A stretch of 64,000 nucleotides of DNA from Chloroflexota bacterium (GCA_034666565.1 JAXDLN010000119.1:204162-268161); one strand, 5' to 3'; counted from the first letter of the stretch, positions 1 through 12,834 are shown. The notes: generated from the sequence alone by a model not told the origin. A program made the numbers and translations.

Positions 1-798
1 GGGTCCGCCCTGGCTCCCCGGGAAGACGCTCTTGTCGATGTCCGCGGCGTACTTGGCCTTACACAGGATCATTGCGCCCCACGGCCCACGCATGGTTTTG
101 TGGGTGGTGAAGCTGACGAAGTCCGCATAGGGGACCGGGCTCGGATGCGCGCCGCCCGCGACCAGTCCGGCGAAGTGCGCCATGTCGACGAAGAAGTAGG
201 CGTCGACCGCCCGGGCAATCGCGGCCATCCGCTCGAAGTCCAGCAGGCGCGGGTAGGCGCTGTAGCCGGCGAGCAGCATCTTCGGCCGGACCTCTTTCGC
301 CTGCCGTTCGAGCGCGTCGTAGTCGATGCGCTCGGTGGTGGGATCGACGCCGTAGGGAACGAAGTGATAGAGCTTGCCGGAAAAGTTCACCGGGCTGCCG
401 TGGCTCAGGTGCCCGCCCTGGCTGAGGTCCATGCCCATCACGGTGTCGCCGACGCTGAGCACGGCCGCGTAGACCGCGTAGTTGGCGGTCGTGCCGCAAT
501 GGGATTGCACGTTGGCGTGCTCCGCCCCGAAGAGCGCTTTGGCGCGTTCGATGGCGAGCGTCTCGATGCGGTCGACGTTCTCGCAGCCACCGTAGTACCT
601 CTTGCCCGGATAGCCCTCCGCATATTTGTTGTTGAGCAGCGAGCCGAGCGCCTGTAAGACCGCCGGGCTGGCGATGTTCTCGGAGGGGATCAGCTCCAGC
701 GTGTACTGCTGGCGTTCGAATTCATCGCGGATCGCGGCACCGACCTCGGGATCGACCAGGTCGATCCGGCTGGTCAGATCGGTACGGGCCTGCAGCAC
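1..798 (-). CDS. glyA: serine hydroxymethyltransferase, N-terminal ~266 aa (C-terminus runs off the window start)
   Basis: Frame absent from the ORF track. My translation of the minus strand gives [44 protein letters not shown] ... [40 protein letters not shown], i.e. the SHMT N-terminus and PLP-lysine motif. Start is a GTG near 798. Confidence 0.88.
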   Translation of the reverse strand, partial: MLQARTDLTSRIDLVDPEVGAAIRDEFERQQYTLELIPSENIASPAVLQALGSLLNNKYAEGYPGKRYYGGCENVDRIETLAIERAKALFGAEHANVQSHCGTTANYAVYAAVLSVGDTVMGMDLSQGGHLSHGSPVNFSGKLYHFVPYGVDPTTERIDYDALERQAKEVRPKMLLAGYSAYPRLLDFERMAAIARAVDAYFFVDMAHFAGLVAGGAHPSPVPYADFVSFTTHKTMRGPWGAMILCKAKYAADIDKSVFPGSQGGP

Positions 799-825
799 CG
801 GCTCATTATGGCGAAACCAGGCGCC

Positions 826-866
826 GCTACCCTACCCTCCCCCAGAGGGGGAGGGGGAGATTAGCT
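826..866 (-). repeat. copy A of a ~40-nt C-tract/G-tract hairpin/G4 repeat (CCCTCCCCC-AGA-GGGGGAGGG core), overlapping the tsaC 3' end
   Basis: Near-identical to the copies at 21966-22005 and 54266-54305. In tsaC frame it reads ...ISPSPSGGG-stop. Confidence 0.7.
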
Positions 867-1440
867 CGGACGCCGGAATCGCGCCCTGACGCAGGATCCG
901 CGGTGTCGCGCCGCTCAGGTCGAGGATGGTCGAGGGCTGACCGATGCGACAGGGTCCCCCGTCGAGCACGACATCGACGCGGTCGCCCAGGCCGGCGACG
1001 ACCTGGTCGGCATCGACCGGCGGCGGCGCACCCGCCAGGTTGGCACTACTGCTCGCGATCGGCTCATCAAGCGAGGTCAGCAGCGCGAGCGCAACCTGGT
1101 GGTTCGGGGCGCGCACGGCAATCGTTGCTCCGTCCGTTGGGATGCGGGCCGGCAGGACGAGCGTCAGTGGGCCCGGCCAGAAGCGCGCCATCAGCGCGGC
1201 GGCCGGGGCAGACACGACGGCGAAGGGTTCGACCTGGGCCTTATCGAGGACCAGCAATACCATGGGCTGCGCGGACGGGCGGTGCTTTACCTCGTAGAGG
1301 CGAGCGACGGCGACCGGGTCCGCGGCGCGCGCCGCGACCGCGTACAGCGTGTCGGTTGGGAAGGCGATCACGGCACCGGCGCGCAGCTGCTCGGCGGCCT
1401 GGGCGATGTGCGATGGATCCGCCGGCCACCGCACTGTCAC
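832..1440 (-). CDS. tsaC: L-threonylcarbamoyladenylate synthase (YrdC/TsaC family)
   Basis: AFPTDTLYAV motif matches YrdC (YPTEAVFGVG). Start set at the GTG at 1440 that overlaps the prmC stop (GTGA), giving ~202 aa. The track ORF carries an implausible 39-aa N-terminal extension. Confidence 0.8.
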   Translation of the reverse strand: MTVRWPADPSHIAQAAEQLRAGAVIAFPTDTLYAVAARAADPVAVARLYEVKHRPSAQPMVLLVLDKAQVEPFAVVSAPAAALMARFWPGPLTLVLPARIPTDGATIAVRAPNHQVALALLTSLDEPIASSSANLAGAPPPVDADQVVAGLGDRVDVVLDGGPCRIGQPSTILDLSGATPRILRQGAIPASELISPSPSGGG

Positions 1441-2300
1441 GTCTGGATGCGCACCACCCGGTTGAGTCCGGCCAGATCTTTGTGCACACTGATGTCGGCC
1501 GCGGGCCAGTGGCCCTGGGCGAGGCGCATGATGCGGCGCGTTTGCGCCGGGTCGCACTCGAACAGCAGCAGCCCGCCGGGTTTCACCGCTGCCGGGGCTT
1601 GCGCCAGCGCGGTGCGAATCAGGTCCAGCCCATCCGTGCCGCCGTCGAGGGCGAGCGCCGGCTCATACTCGAGTTCCTTCGGCCGGATCCGTCGAAGCGC
1701 CTCGGGAATGTAGGGCAGGTTGGCGAGGATCGCGTCGGCGGGGGCAGCCCCGCGCAGCAAGTTGGCCTTGACGGTCGTGATCCGCCGCCGGAGCCGGTAG
1801 TGAGCAATATTCTCGTCCGCCACTCGCAGCGCGCGGCGACTGACGTCGCGGGCCTCGATGCGAACCTGCGGGACGGCCTTGGCCACCGAGATGGCCACCG
1901 CCCCGCTGCCGGTGCCGAGGTCGATGACCCGGCGCGCGTTGGGATGCGTCTTGAACCAATCGATCGCCAGCTCGACCAGGAGCTCACTCGACGGCCGTGG
2001 AATCAACACCGCCGGGGTCACCAAGAACATGTGGCCGAAGAATTCGCGCTCTCCGACCAGGTAGGGCACCGGAACCCGGGCGGCTCGACGGCTGGTCAAC
2101 CGGCGCAGCCGTGCGCGCTGCGCGACCGTCAACTGCCGGTCGGGGTGACTGTGGAGCCGCTCGCGCGAACTCTTGAGGATGTGCGCCACCAGGATCTCGG
2201 CATCGAGCCATGGTAATGGGATCCCTGCCGTCGTAAGGGTCGCCCGTGTCTTCGCGAGCTGCGCCTTGACCCGGCCGGCGTTAGTTGCGGGCGGCGCCAT
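1437..2300 (-). CDS. prmC: release factor glutamine N5-methyltransferase (HemK/PrmC)
   Basis: VIDLGTGSGAVAIS SAM motif and NLPYIP (NPPY-type) motif. Lies downstream of prfA as in the classic prfA-hemK operon. Confidence 0.85.
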   Translation of the reverse strand: MAPPATNAGRVKAQLAKTRATLTTAGIPLPWLDAEILVAHILKSSRERLHSHPDRQLTVAQRARLRRLTSRRAARVPVPYLVGEREFFGHMFLVTPAVLIPRPSSELLVELAIDWFKTHPNARRVIDLGTGSGAVAISVAKAVPQVRIEARDVSRRALRVADENIAHYRLRRRITTVKANLLRGAAPADAILANLPYIPEALRRIRPKELEYEPALALDGGTDGLDLIRTALAQAPAAVKPGGLLLFECDPAQTRRIMRLAQGHWPAADISVHKDLAGLNRVVRIQT

Positions 2301-3381
2301 TTGGCGGCTCGCTCAGGCGGTTGCTCTGGTCCCAGGCAATCAACCGATCGATCACCGGGTCGAGATCGCCCGCCTCGACGAACTGGGGGAGCTTGTAGTA
2401 CTTGAAGTCGATCCGGTGGTCGGTGATCCGTCCCTCAGGATAGTTATAGGTACGAACCTTTTCGCTGCGGTCGCCGGAGCCGACGGCTGAGCGGCGAACC
2501 TCGGTCAGCGCCTCCTGCTGCTGTGCCATCTGGCGGTCGAGCAGCCGGGCCATCAGCACCTTTTCCGCCTTGGCCTTGTTCTTGAGCTGCGAGCGCTCGT
2601 CCTGGCAGGTGACCACGATCGGTGCACCTCCGTCCTCAGGCGTGTAGGTGAGGCGGACCGCCGAGTCCGTGGTGTTGACGCTCTGCCCACCGTGCCCACC
2701 CGAACGGTAGACATCGACCTTGAGCCGCTCGGGATTGATGACGACGTCGACGTCCTCGGCCTCGGGCATCACCACCACCGTGGCCGTCGAAGTGTGAATG
2801 CGTCCCTGCGCCTCGGTCTCTGGCACCCGCTGCACGCGGTGCACCCCATTCTCGAATTTCAGCCGCGAGTAGGCGCCGCGGCCGCGAATCTCGAAGACCA
2901 CCTCTTTGAAGCCGCCACGCTCAGTGGGGCTCTCGGAAAGCAGGTCGACCTTCCACCGCCGCGACTCCGCATACCGGCTGTACATCTTGAAGAGGTCGGC
3001 CGCAAACAATCCCGCCTCATCCCCACCGGTCCCCTGGCGAATCTCGACGATGACGTCTTTGTCGTCGGTTGGATCTTTCGGCACCAGCGCGATCTTGAGT
3101 TCGCCGTCGAGGCGATCGCGCTCCGCCTGTTGCTTGTCGAATTCCTGCCGGGCATAGGCCTGCATCTCGGGATCTCGCTCCTGCTCCGCCAGTTCACGGG
3201 CCTCGGTCATCCCGCGCTCGGCGCGACGATAGGCCTCATAGAGTTGGACCAGGTCGCGAAGTTGAGCCTGCTCTTTGCTGAGTCGCTGGAGCTCTTTGAG
3301 GTCGGCGTGAACTGCAGGATCGGCCAGCCGCTCGGTGATGGCGTTGTACCGGGCCCGAACGGCTTCGAGCTGTTCGAACAT
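2281..3381 (-). CDS. prfA: peptide chain release factor 1
   Basis: GGQ motif (SGGHGGQSVNTTDSAVRLT), RQGTGGDEAGLFAADL and QDERSQLKNKAKA are RF1-type. No RF2-like frameshift. Confidence 0.93.
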   Translation of the reverse strand: MFEQLEAVRARYNAITERLADPAVHADLKELQRLSKEQAQLRDLVQLYEAYRRAERGMTEARELAEQERDPEMQAYARQEFDKQQAERDRLDGELKIALVPKDPTDDKDVIVEIRQGTGGDEAGLFAADLFKMYSRYAESRRWKVDLLSESPTERGGFKEVVFEIRGRGAYSRLKFENGVHRVQRVPETEAQGRIHTSTATVVVMPEAEDVDVVINPERLKVDVYRSGGHGGQSVNTTDSAVRLTYTPEDGGAPIVVTCQDERSQLKNKAKAEKVLMARLLDRQMAQQQEALTEVRRSAVGSGDRSEKVRTYNYPEGRITDHRIDFKYYKLPQFVEAGDLDPVIDRLIAWDQSNRLSEPPNGAARN

Positions 3382-4274
3382 CAGGCCGCGGCCTCTTTCT
3401 CCTCCTGACGGGCTCCGTTGAAGGCCGCCAGCGCCACCTCGATCTGCCGGTCGTCCGGCTCGCGAGTCGTCAGCTTCTGCGTCAGCAAGAACGGAAGGAT
3501 GAGCACCTTGATGACCGGATTGTTCCGGTGCCGGCCGGCAAACCGAATGAACTCGTAGGCCAGCATGGCGATCACCGGGATCAGCACGATCCGCGAGAGG
3601 AGTAACAGCGGCAGGGCCGGACGACCCACCAGGCCAAAGACGAAAGCGCTCACGACCATGACCGCCAGCAAGAACCCGGTGCCGCAGCGCGGGTGCAGCG
3701 TGCTCTGGGTCCGCACGTTCGGCACGTCGAGCGCTAAGCCGGCCTCGTAAGCATTGATCGTCTTGTGCTCCGCCCCGTGGTAGGCGAAGAGGCGAGCGAT
3801 CTCGGACTTGAAGGAGATCGCATAGAGGTAGAGCAGCAGCAGGGCGATCCGCACCACACCGTCCACGATCCCGAAGAAAAGGTTGCTGTGGCCCCGACTC
3901 AGGAATCCGGCGGCGAGCAGCGGCACGCCCAGGAAAAAGAGCAACGCGCCCACGATCGCAATCCCCATCGTGACGCGGATGGCGTTAGCGCTCAGCTCCA
4001 CCTGTTCGGCGGCAGCCTGGATGTTCGCCGACCACATCAACGCCTTCATGCCCAGGTGGAGCTGTTCCCAGAGTCCGGCGAGGCCGCGCAGCAGCGGCAG
4101 CTTCCAGATCGGGTGGGTGTAGATGATGGAGAGCAAGCGCTCGCGCAGGACCTGGATCTCGCCGTCCGGCTTACGGACGGCCACCGCATAGGTGGTGCGG
4201 CCGCGCATCATGACGCCTTCGAGCACGGCCTGGCCGCCGTAGAAGAACTTGTCCTGGCTCACCGCCGCGCTCAT
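3381..4274 (-). CDS. DUF1385 (YqhQ-like) membrane protein
   Basis: YGGQAVLEGVMMRG and HGAEHK motifs with multiple TM segments. Conserved neighbour of rpmE-prfA. Confidence 0.7.
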   Translation of the reverse strand: MSAAVSQDKFFYGGQAVLEGVMMRGRTTYAVAVRKPDGEIQVLRERLLSIIYTHPIWKLPLLRGLAGLWEQLHLGMKALMWSANIQAAAEQVELSANAIRVTMGIAIVGALLFFLGVPLLAAGFLSRGHSNLFFGIVDGVVRIALLLLYLYAISFKSEIARLFAYHGAEHKTINAYEAGLALDVPNVRTQSTLHPRCGTGFLLAVMVVSAFVFGLVGRPALPLLLLSRIVLIPVIAMLAYEFIRFAGRHRNNPVIKVLILPFLLTQKLTTREPDDRQIEVALAAFNGARQEEKEAAA

Positions 4275-4326
4275 CCTAGTCCCTGCGCGATTCCCTGGGC
4301 CACACAGGGCCCAACGACAACGCGGC

Positions 4327-4533
4327 TTATCTCTTCCGCTGCTGGCGCTGCTGGAACCGGTCGACGCGGCCCTGGGTATCGACGATCCGCTGCTGGCCGG
4401 AAAAGAAGGGGTGGCATACCGAGCAGACCTCGGTCTTGAGCTCTTTCTGCGTCGAGCCGGTCGTGAACTTGTTGCCGCAGAGGCAGGTCACAACCGCGTC
4501 GTGGTAGTAGGTTGGATGGATGGTGGCTTTCAT
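4327..4533 (-). CDS. rpmE: 50S ribosomal protein L31
   Basis: [10 protein letters not shown]...[21 protein letters not shown]. Coordinates verified against the sequence. Confidence 0.95.
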   Translation of the reverse strand: MKATIHPTYYHDAVVTCLCGNKFTTGSTQKELKTEVCSVCHPFFSGQQRIVDTQGRVDRFQQRQQRKR

Positions 4534-4546
4534 GGGGCTCCCTATT

Positions 4547-5443
4547 CTATCTCAAGCTCAAGATCGCCGAGGTCTGGAGCATCCCCAGTCCCAGGGCGAA
4601 CAGTAACGCCAGGTAAAGCGATCCAACGATGACCTTGGTCTCAGGGGCAACCGCGTAATACGCCGGGTTCAGGACAGTCGACCGAAACCGCTGCCAGGTG
4701 GCGAAGGCCCCGAAGATGAGGACCAGGAAGAGTACCGGGCTCACCGACGTCCCGGACTGCATCTCGAAAAGCAGCAGGCCAGCCGCGATCAAAAGCCCTG
4801 CCACGTTGAACCATTTCGAAAGCAACGACGTTACCCGGCCGCCGTCCAGCGGCGTCAGCGGGATCAGGTTGAACAGGTTGATCAGAAAACCGAAGTACGC
4901 GAGCGCCCGGAGCAGCTGACCGGTGCTCGAGTCCGGCGTGGACAGGTAGCCGAGGTAGCACAGGCCGGCGGCGATCGACCCAAGGACCGGACCGCCGATC
5001 GCCATGATCGACTCCTGGGCGACGCTGCGCGGCTGTTGCTTCATGCTGACGAAGGCGCCGAGGAAGGGGATCATGACCGGAAGGGTGACGGGCAACCCCA
5101 TGATGCGGGCCACCACGACGTGACCGCTTTCATGGACCAGGATGAGGAGGACGATCCCGACGCCGAAGGCCCAACCGAAGAGCTGCGCGTAGATCAAGGC
5201 GGTCACGCCGGTCGAGATGACGGTGACCAGAAGGCCCTTGAACTTGAGGGCGAACAGCCCGATGTAGGACAGCTTGCTCAGGACCAGCCCGAGAAAGGCG
5301 AGGAAGCCCGCCGCCACGCCGTTGCGGCGACCGCGGTTGCTGCCGGGCTGTGCCGGGATGTCGGCCTGCACCGGCCGATCGGTGCCGTGGCCGTAGTCCG
5401 CGGTCCCCATGTGGGGGTCGTTCGGCGAATAGAGATCAGCCAC
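4547..5443 (-). CDS. M50-family site-2 protease (zinc metalloprotease, SpoIVFB/RseP-like, no PDZ)
   Basis: HESGH (HExxH) and [12 protein letters not shown] (LDG) motifs, polytopic membrane protein. Confidence 0.85.
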   Translation of the reverse strand: MADLYSPNDPHMGTADYGHGTDRPVQADIPAQPGSNRGRRNGVAAGFLAFLGLVLSKLSYIGLFALKFKGLLVTVISTGVTALIYAQLFGWAFGVGIVLLILVHESGHVVVARIMGLPVTLPVMIPFLGAFVSMKQQPRSVAQESIMAIGGPVLGSIAAGLCYLGYLSTPDSSTGQLLRALAYFGFLINLFNLIPLTPLDGGRVTSLLSKWFNVAGLLIAAGLLLFEMQSGTSVSPVLFLVLIFGAFATWQRFRSTVLNPAYYAVAPETKVIVGSLYLALLFALGLGMLQTSAILSLR

Positions 5444-6827
5444 CAGCTAAAGCATGCCCAGCGGACGCCGCTTTTAATCGGCCCCCAGCCTCACGAACCG
5501 GCCACGGCCGGGTGAAATTCCCGAGCGCCAACCCTGGGCAGCGCGCCGTGAGTTCACGGACAAAGGCGCGCATGCCAATGCCCCGTGTCGGATCCGGGAT
5601 CTGCGCTAACAGCCAGTGCGGATCGACATTCAGGCTCCGCAGCTGCACCTGGTGCACACCGTGCTCCTTGACGAAGGCGACCAGCGCCGCGAGCTCTGAC
5701 GGCGCGTCGCTGATCCCGGGGAAGGTCAGCAGATTGATCGTGACCTGGCCGCCGGCCGCGGCCACCAGCTCCGCGCACTGCGCAACCTGCTCGAGTCCGT
5801 ACCCGACCGGCCGGTAGTAGGCGCGGAATCGTTTGTCGTCGAGGCTGAAGATGCTGATCCGGACTGAGTTCAATCCAGCATCGACCAGGCGGCGGAGCAC
5901 AGCAGGACGCGACCCATTGGTATTGATATGGATGGTGGCCTGCGGCCAGGCCGACCGGATGCGGCGGGTCGCGTCGACCAGGGCGGCGCCGCGGGTCAAG
6001 GGCTCACCTTCGCATCCCTGGCCGAAGCTGACGAAGTTCGCGTGACTGGCGCTCAGATGCCAGGCGGCGAGTTCGGCGATTTCGGTAGCGGCGGGCGCGA
6101 AGCCGAGGCGCGTCTGCGGTGAAGCCACGTCGCCCCACTGCTCGGAGATGCAGCCCAGGCAGGCCGCGTTGCACGCGGGCGAGACCGGGATCGCCCCTTC
6201 ACCACGACGCAGGAACACGTTCTGCGCGGTCAGGCACCGATAGTCGGTGGCGCAGGTCTCGAGGTGGCGGAGCAACCGGCTGTCAGGGAGGGCCCGCTGT
6301 CCCTCGCGGATCCCCCGGTCGACGTGCTGCCGGTCCTGAGCTTGCGGGTCCCATGCGATCCAGCGATCGGTCCGCATGGCAGCGACGTGTGGCTCGCCAT
6401 CGACGGCGGCAACCGCCGCGTAACCGAAGAGGGGCAGCACCGGGGGCCGGCCATCGTCCCCGTAGGCAGGCAGCCAGGTCCGCAGGTATCCGGGCGGCAG
6501 GACCGCGGCAACCGCCACCGCATCCTCCTCGTCGACACGCACCGTCGACCCGGCGGCCGTTCGTCCCAGGGCGAACCGACCAGGCAAGTGCATCAGCGTG
6601 GTCCCGGCCGGCATCGGAATCAGCCGATCGGCTACAGCGATCTCCCAACCGGTGCGGGCGACCGGCTCGAGGGAGCGATGCACGCGTAACCGGCCGGTGG
6701 CGGACGCATAGAGGAGCCGCTGCACGCCGTCTACCTTATCGACATACGCGCTATGGAAGGAGGTCGATCGGGTTTTGCGGGACGCCCTGGTAGCGAATTT
6801 CGAAGTGGAGGTGCGGGCCGCTGGCAC
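5436..6827 (-). CDS. radical SAM domain protein with uncharacterised N-terminal region (true start probably downstream of 6827)
   Basis: CNAACLGC (CX3CX2C) followed by a glycine-rich FGQGCEGEPL SAM site. Overlaps the M50 start by 8 nt and the M23 end by 77 nt. Confidence 0.7.
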   Translation of the reverse strand: MPAARTSTSKFATRASRKTRSTSFHSAYVDKVDGVQRLLYASATGRLRVHRSLEPVARTGWEIAVADRLIPMPAGTTLMHLPGRFALGRTAAGSTVRVDEEDAVAVAAVLPPGYLRTWLPAYGDDGRPPVLPLFGYAAVAAVDGEPHVAAMRTDRWIAWDPQAQDRQHVDRGIREGQRALPDSRLLRHLETCATDYRCLTAQNVFLRRGEGAIPVSPACNAACLGCISEQWGDVASPQTRLGFAPAATEIAELAAWHLSASHANFVSFGQGCEGEPLTRGAALVDATRRIRSAWPQATIHINTNGSRPAVLRRLVDAGLNSVRISIFSLDDKRFRAYYRPVGYGLEQVAQCAELVAAAGGQVTINLLTFPGISDAPSELAALVAFVKEHGVHQVQLRSLNVDPHWLLAQIPDPTRGIGMRAFVRELTARCPGLALGNFTRPWPVREAGGRLKAASAGHALAGG

Positions 6828-7419
6828 GTCCGGTCGCGCCCATCAATCCGATGCGCTGGCCCTGCGCCACCGCATCGCCGGTCTTGACCAACACCGCTGA
6901 CATGTGACCGTAGATCGAATGGAAACCGTTGCCGTGGTCGATCTCAACGTAGATTCCGTATGAGCCCCAGCCGGCGAAGACCACCTGCCCCCCGGCGGTC
7001 GCGACCTCCTGGGTGCCGACATCGTTGGCGATATCGATGCCCGGGTGGTATTGCCAGAAGGACTGGGTGATGACGCCGTGGGTCGGCCAGACGAACCGGA
7101 TGACCTGCTGACGGCTGCCGCCGGGATCCGAGGCGCTCGCCGGCTGCGTGAGGGGATCGACGTTGATGTCTGCGGCCAGGCCATCCGTGGTCCCGCCCTG
7201 GTGATGGCCCACGGGCAGAACCGCACTCGCCTGCGCGGCGGTCGCGGGGTGGCGAAGCGCCGACTCGCCCTGCCAGTTCATCACGACCGGCGCGCTGCCA
7301 GCCGTGGCCTGGGCCTCGGCGATCGGATGCTTGAACGCAAGCGGTGCCAGCAGAAGCACAAGACACGCCAGCGCGAGCGCCCAGCCGTGGGCCGCTAGTC
7401 TTGGGATTCCCCTTGCCAA
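6751..7419 (-). CDS. secreted M23 (LytM-domain) peptidase
   Basis: Signal peptide plus HxxxD...HLHFE zinc-site motifs (GIDIANDVG...GPHLHFE). Confidence 0.85.
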   Translation of the reverse strand: MARGIPRLAAHGWALALACLVLLLAPLAFKHPIAEAQATAGSAPVVMNWQGESALRHPATAAQASAVLPVGHHQGGTTDGLAADINVDPLTQPASASDPGGSRQQVIRFVWPTHGVITQSFWQYHPGIDIANDVGTQEVATAGGQVVFAGWGSYGIYVEIDHGNGFHSIYGHMSAVLVKTGDAVAQGQRIGLMGATGRASGPHLHFEIRYQGVPQNPIDLLP

Positions 7420-7495
7420 AACTCGGGCAGTCTAGCCGACTTTTGGTCTGGGCGTCAACCCAAACACCACCATTTGCACACTTCCTCCCAAACCC

Positions 7496-10197
<2,702 letters not shown>

Positions 10198-10306
10198 CTA
10201 CGCTGGAGCGGCGCGTTGCGCGAGCCAGTTTTTAACGCTACCCTTCGTTGGTTTGATTAGACACCGGACGTTTGACTCGTTGGCTCTAAGCTCATAAGGT
10301 CAAGCA

Positions 10307-12148
10307 GTGTATCCCTACGGACTGATCGGTAATTGTGAAACCGCCGCCCTGGTCTCGACCAGCGGCGCCATCGACTGGTTCTGCTACCCGCGTTTCGACT
10401 CGCCCTCCATCTTCGCGGCGATCCTCGACCGGCAGCGCGGCGGCAGCTTCCGCATTGCCCCGGTCAACCCCGTACCGACCGGCGAGCAGGCCTACATCCG
10501 CGACACCAACATCCTGACCACCACCTTCCATCGCGCCGAAGGGACGTTGGTCGTGACCGATTTCATGCCCTGCTTCAACGAAGGCGAGCGCTTCCTCTCG
10601 CTGAAGCGAATCTGCCGCGGCCTCGAGGCCCGCGGCGGACCGGTGGAGGTCGAATGCATCCTCGACCCGGCGCCGGCGTACGGTCGCGCACGCACCAGCT
10701 TCGCCGAGCGCGAGGGTATCGTGATCGCCTCTGGTGGGTCGCAGGAGGTGATCCTCTCCTCCACCATGCCACTGCACGGCAACGTGGAGGTCATCGACGG
10801 TCGACCGCGCTATGTCTTCCGCTTCACCCTCGAGCCCGGCCCGCAAGTGTGGCTGACGCTGGGGTTCGGCGAGCGCTACTTCGCCCTCGGCCGGAAATTC
10901 CCCAGCAGCAGCGACGCCACCGAGCTCGCCGAGCGCACCCGCGCCTTCTGGGTCGGATGGCTCGAGCAATGTCTCTACCAGGGACCATTTCAAGACGCCG
11001 TGCGGCGCTCAGCGCTCGTGATCAAGTTGTTGACCTACGCCCCAACCGGTGCGTTGTGCGCCGCGCCGACGACCTCCATTCCGGAAGATCCGGGTGGCGA
11101 TCGCAACTGGGATTACCGCTATTGCTGGCTTCGTGATGCGTCCTATGGCATCGCCGCACTCTTCCGCACCGGCTTCGAGCAGGAGGCGGTCGACTTCATC
11201 AACTGGATCCGCGACCGTGCCTACGACCATGACTTTGCGATGCAGATTCTTTATCGCGTAGATGGCGACCCGCATCTGCCCGAGCAATACCTCGAGCACC
11301 TGGCAGGCTTCGACGGCGCCCGGCCGGTTCGCATCGGCAACCGCGCCGCCGGCCAGCGGCAGCTCGACGTCTTTGGCGCCGTGATCGACTGCATGGCGGT
11401 CTATCAGCGCAAGGGCGGCTTCATTTCCACCAAGCTCTGGCACGTGATCGAGCGCCTGGCGGACGGCGTCTGGGATTTAAGCCGGGAGCCGGACAATGGG
11501 ATCTGGGAATTCCAGGGCGAGCGCAAGCATCACACTCATAGCAAGCTGTGGTGCTGGGTGGCCCTCGACCGGGCGATTACCCTGGCCAAGGGCACCGGCA
11601 ACACGGAGCACCTGGCGGTCTGGGAGCAGCAGGCCGGGGATCTGCGCAACGAGATTGAAGTGCGTGCCTGGAATCCGAAGATCGGCGCCTTCACGCAGGC
11701 CTACGACGATGAATGCCTGGACGCCGCCGTGCTGCAGATGCCGGTGCTCGGGTTCTTGCCGGCGACCGACCCCCGTATGCGCGCCACCATCGAAACCCTG
11801 AGCCAGCGGCTGCTGAACGGCCCCTATGTTCGCCGCTACGACTGCAAGGATGATCAGGGCTACCTGAGCGCCGCCTTCCTGCTCTGCAGCTTCTGGTACG
11901 TGGATGGGCTGATCGGCTTGAACCACCTGGACGCCGCGGAGCGCCAGCTGAGTGAGTTGATCGCGCTTTCATCACCGCTGGGCTTGCTGGCCGAGGGCAA
12001 CGACCCGGCGTCGGGCGCACCCCGCGGCAACTTCCCGCAGGCGTACAGCCACCTCGGCCTGATCGACAGCGCGGTCCGCCTGGAGCGCGCCCGCGCCGCG
12101 CAACAGTCCGACGCGCAGGCTCGCCAGCCGCAGGAAGCCGCCGGCTAG
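10307..12148 (+). CDS. glycoside hydrolase family 15 (glucoamylase/trehalase-like)
   Basis: YPYGLIGNCETAALVS and YDYRYCWLRDASY are GH15 signatures. Divergent from pyrG. Confidence 0.8.
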   Translation: MYPYGLIGNCETAALVSTSGAIDWFCYPRFDSPSIFAAILDRQRGGSFRIAPVNPVPTGEQAYIRDTNILTTTFHRAEGTLVVTDFMPCFNEGERFLSLKRICRGLEARGGPVEVECILDPAPAYGRARTSFAEREGIVIASGGSQEVILSSTMPLHGNVEVIDGRPRYVFRFTLEPGPQVWLTLGFGERYFALGRKFPSSSDATELAERTRAFWVGWLEQCLYQGPFQDAVRRSALVIKLLTYAPTGALCAAPTTSIPEDPGGDRNWDYRYCWLRDASYGIAALFRTGFEQEAVDFINWIRDRAYDHDFAMQILYRVDGDPHLPEQYLEHLAGFDGARPVRIGNRAAGQRQLDVFGAVIDCMAVYQRKGGFISTKLWHVIERLADGVWDLSREPDNGIWEFQGERKHHTHSKLWCWVALDRAITLAKGTGNTEHLAVWEQQAGDLRNEIEVRAWNPKIGAFTQAYDDECLDAAVLQMPVLGFLPATDPRMRATIETLSQRLLNGPYVRRYDCKDDQGYLSAAFLLCSFWYVDGLIGLNHLDAAERQLSELIALSSPLGLLAEGNDPASGAPRGNFPQAYSHLGLIDSAVRLERARAAQQSDAQARQPQEAAG

Positions 12149-12823
12149 CTAATCGACCGTGGCGTTCGCCGTGGCGCCGCGCGGCTCGAGGATGACGAGC
12201 TTGGTCTCTTCGACCGACGGCGTCGTTGAGATTTGGAGCTTGGGCTGCGGCGTGAGGTCGGTCGCGCCCATCTCTTTCGCGAACTTGTCGAGGCCTTCGA
12301 GGTTTTGCGCGAGCAGCGTAAGGCCAGGCAGTTTGTAAGAGATCGGGATCACCAGTTTCGGCTCGATCTGGTTGACGATCTCCGTGGCTTGCGCGGAGTT
12401 GATGTGACTGCCGCCGCCAATCGGCACGAACAGCACATCGATCTTGCTGCCGATCCCTTCCAACTGGTCCTCGCTGAGCGCATGCCCGAGGTGACCGAGA
12501 TGACAGATCCGAAGGTCATCGACCTCGACGGTGTAGGCGAAATTCTTTCCCCGCTCCGCCCCCTTCTTGGCGTCATGGTAGGTCTGGGTGCCGGTCATCG
12601 CGACCCCCTTGATCTCGAACTCGCCGGCACCGGTCACGACGTGCGGCTCGCCGGACAGTCCCTGGAGGCTGAAGTGGGTCGGATCGTCGTGGGTGAAGAT
12701 CACGATTTGCACGTTCAGCCGGACCGGCGAGAGGCCGAGCTTGGGCTCGTAGGGGTCGATCATCACGGTGGCCTCGCGGCCGCGAAGGCGCACGGCGTTC
12801 AGGCCGAAATAGGTGATTTCCAT
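12149..12823 (-). CDS. MBL-fold metal-dependent hydrolase (UPF0173-like)
   Basis: FTHDDPTHF and HLGHLGH motifs. Confidence 0.7.
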   Translation of the reverse strand: MEITYFGLNAVRLRGREATVMIDPYEPKLGLSPVRLNVQIVIFTHDDPTHFSLQGLSGEPHVVTGAGEFEIKGVAMTGTQTYHDAKKGAERGKNFAYTVEVDDLRICHLGHLGHALSEDQLEGIGSKIDVLFVPIGGGSHINSAQATEIVNQIEPKLVIPISYKLPGLTLLAQNLEGLDKFAKEMGATDLTPQPKLQISTTPSVEETKLVILEPRGATANATVD

Positions 12824-12834
12824 CGGCCCGTAGT

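Noticed and set aside
59-657. Track ORFs 59..499(-), 100..657(+), 438..623(-)
   Set aside because: They are out of frame or antisense to glyA, whose real frame I translated by hand. Arg/Pro/Gly-rich composition is typical of spurious ORFs in high-GC DNA.
903-2216. 437-aa plus-strand ORF and several 100-200-aa ORFs across tsaC/prmC
   Set aside because: They are antisense to two well-supported genes (YrdC and HemK motifs) and consist of low-complexity Arg/Pro/Gly-rich translation.
2281-3381. Programmed +1 frameshift in a release-factor gene
   Set aside because: The gene is RF1 (prfA: GGQ, QDERSQLKNKAKA), not RF2, and its ORF is uninterrupted.
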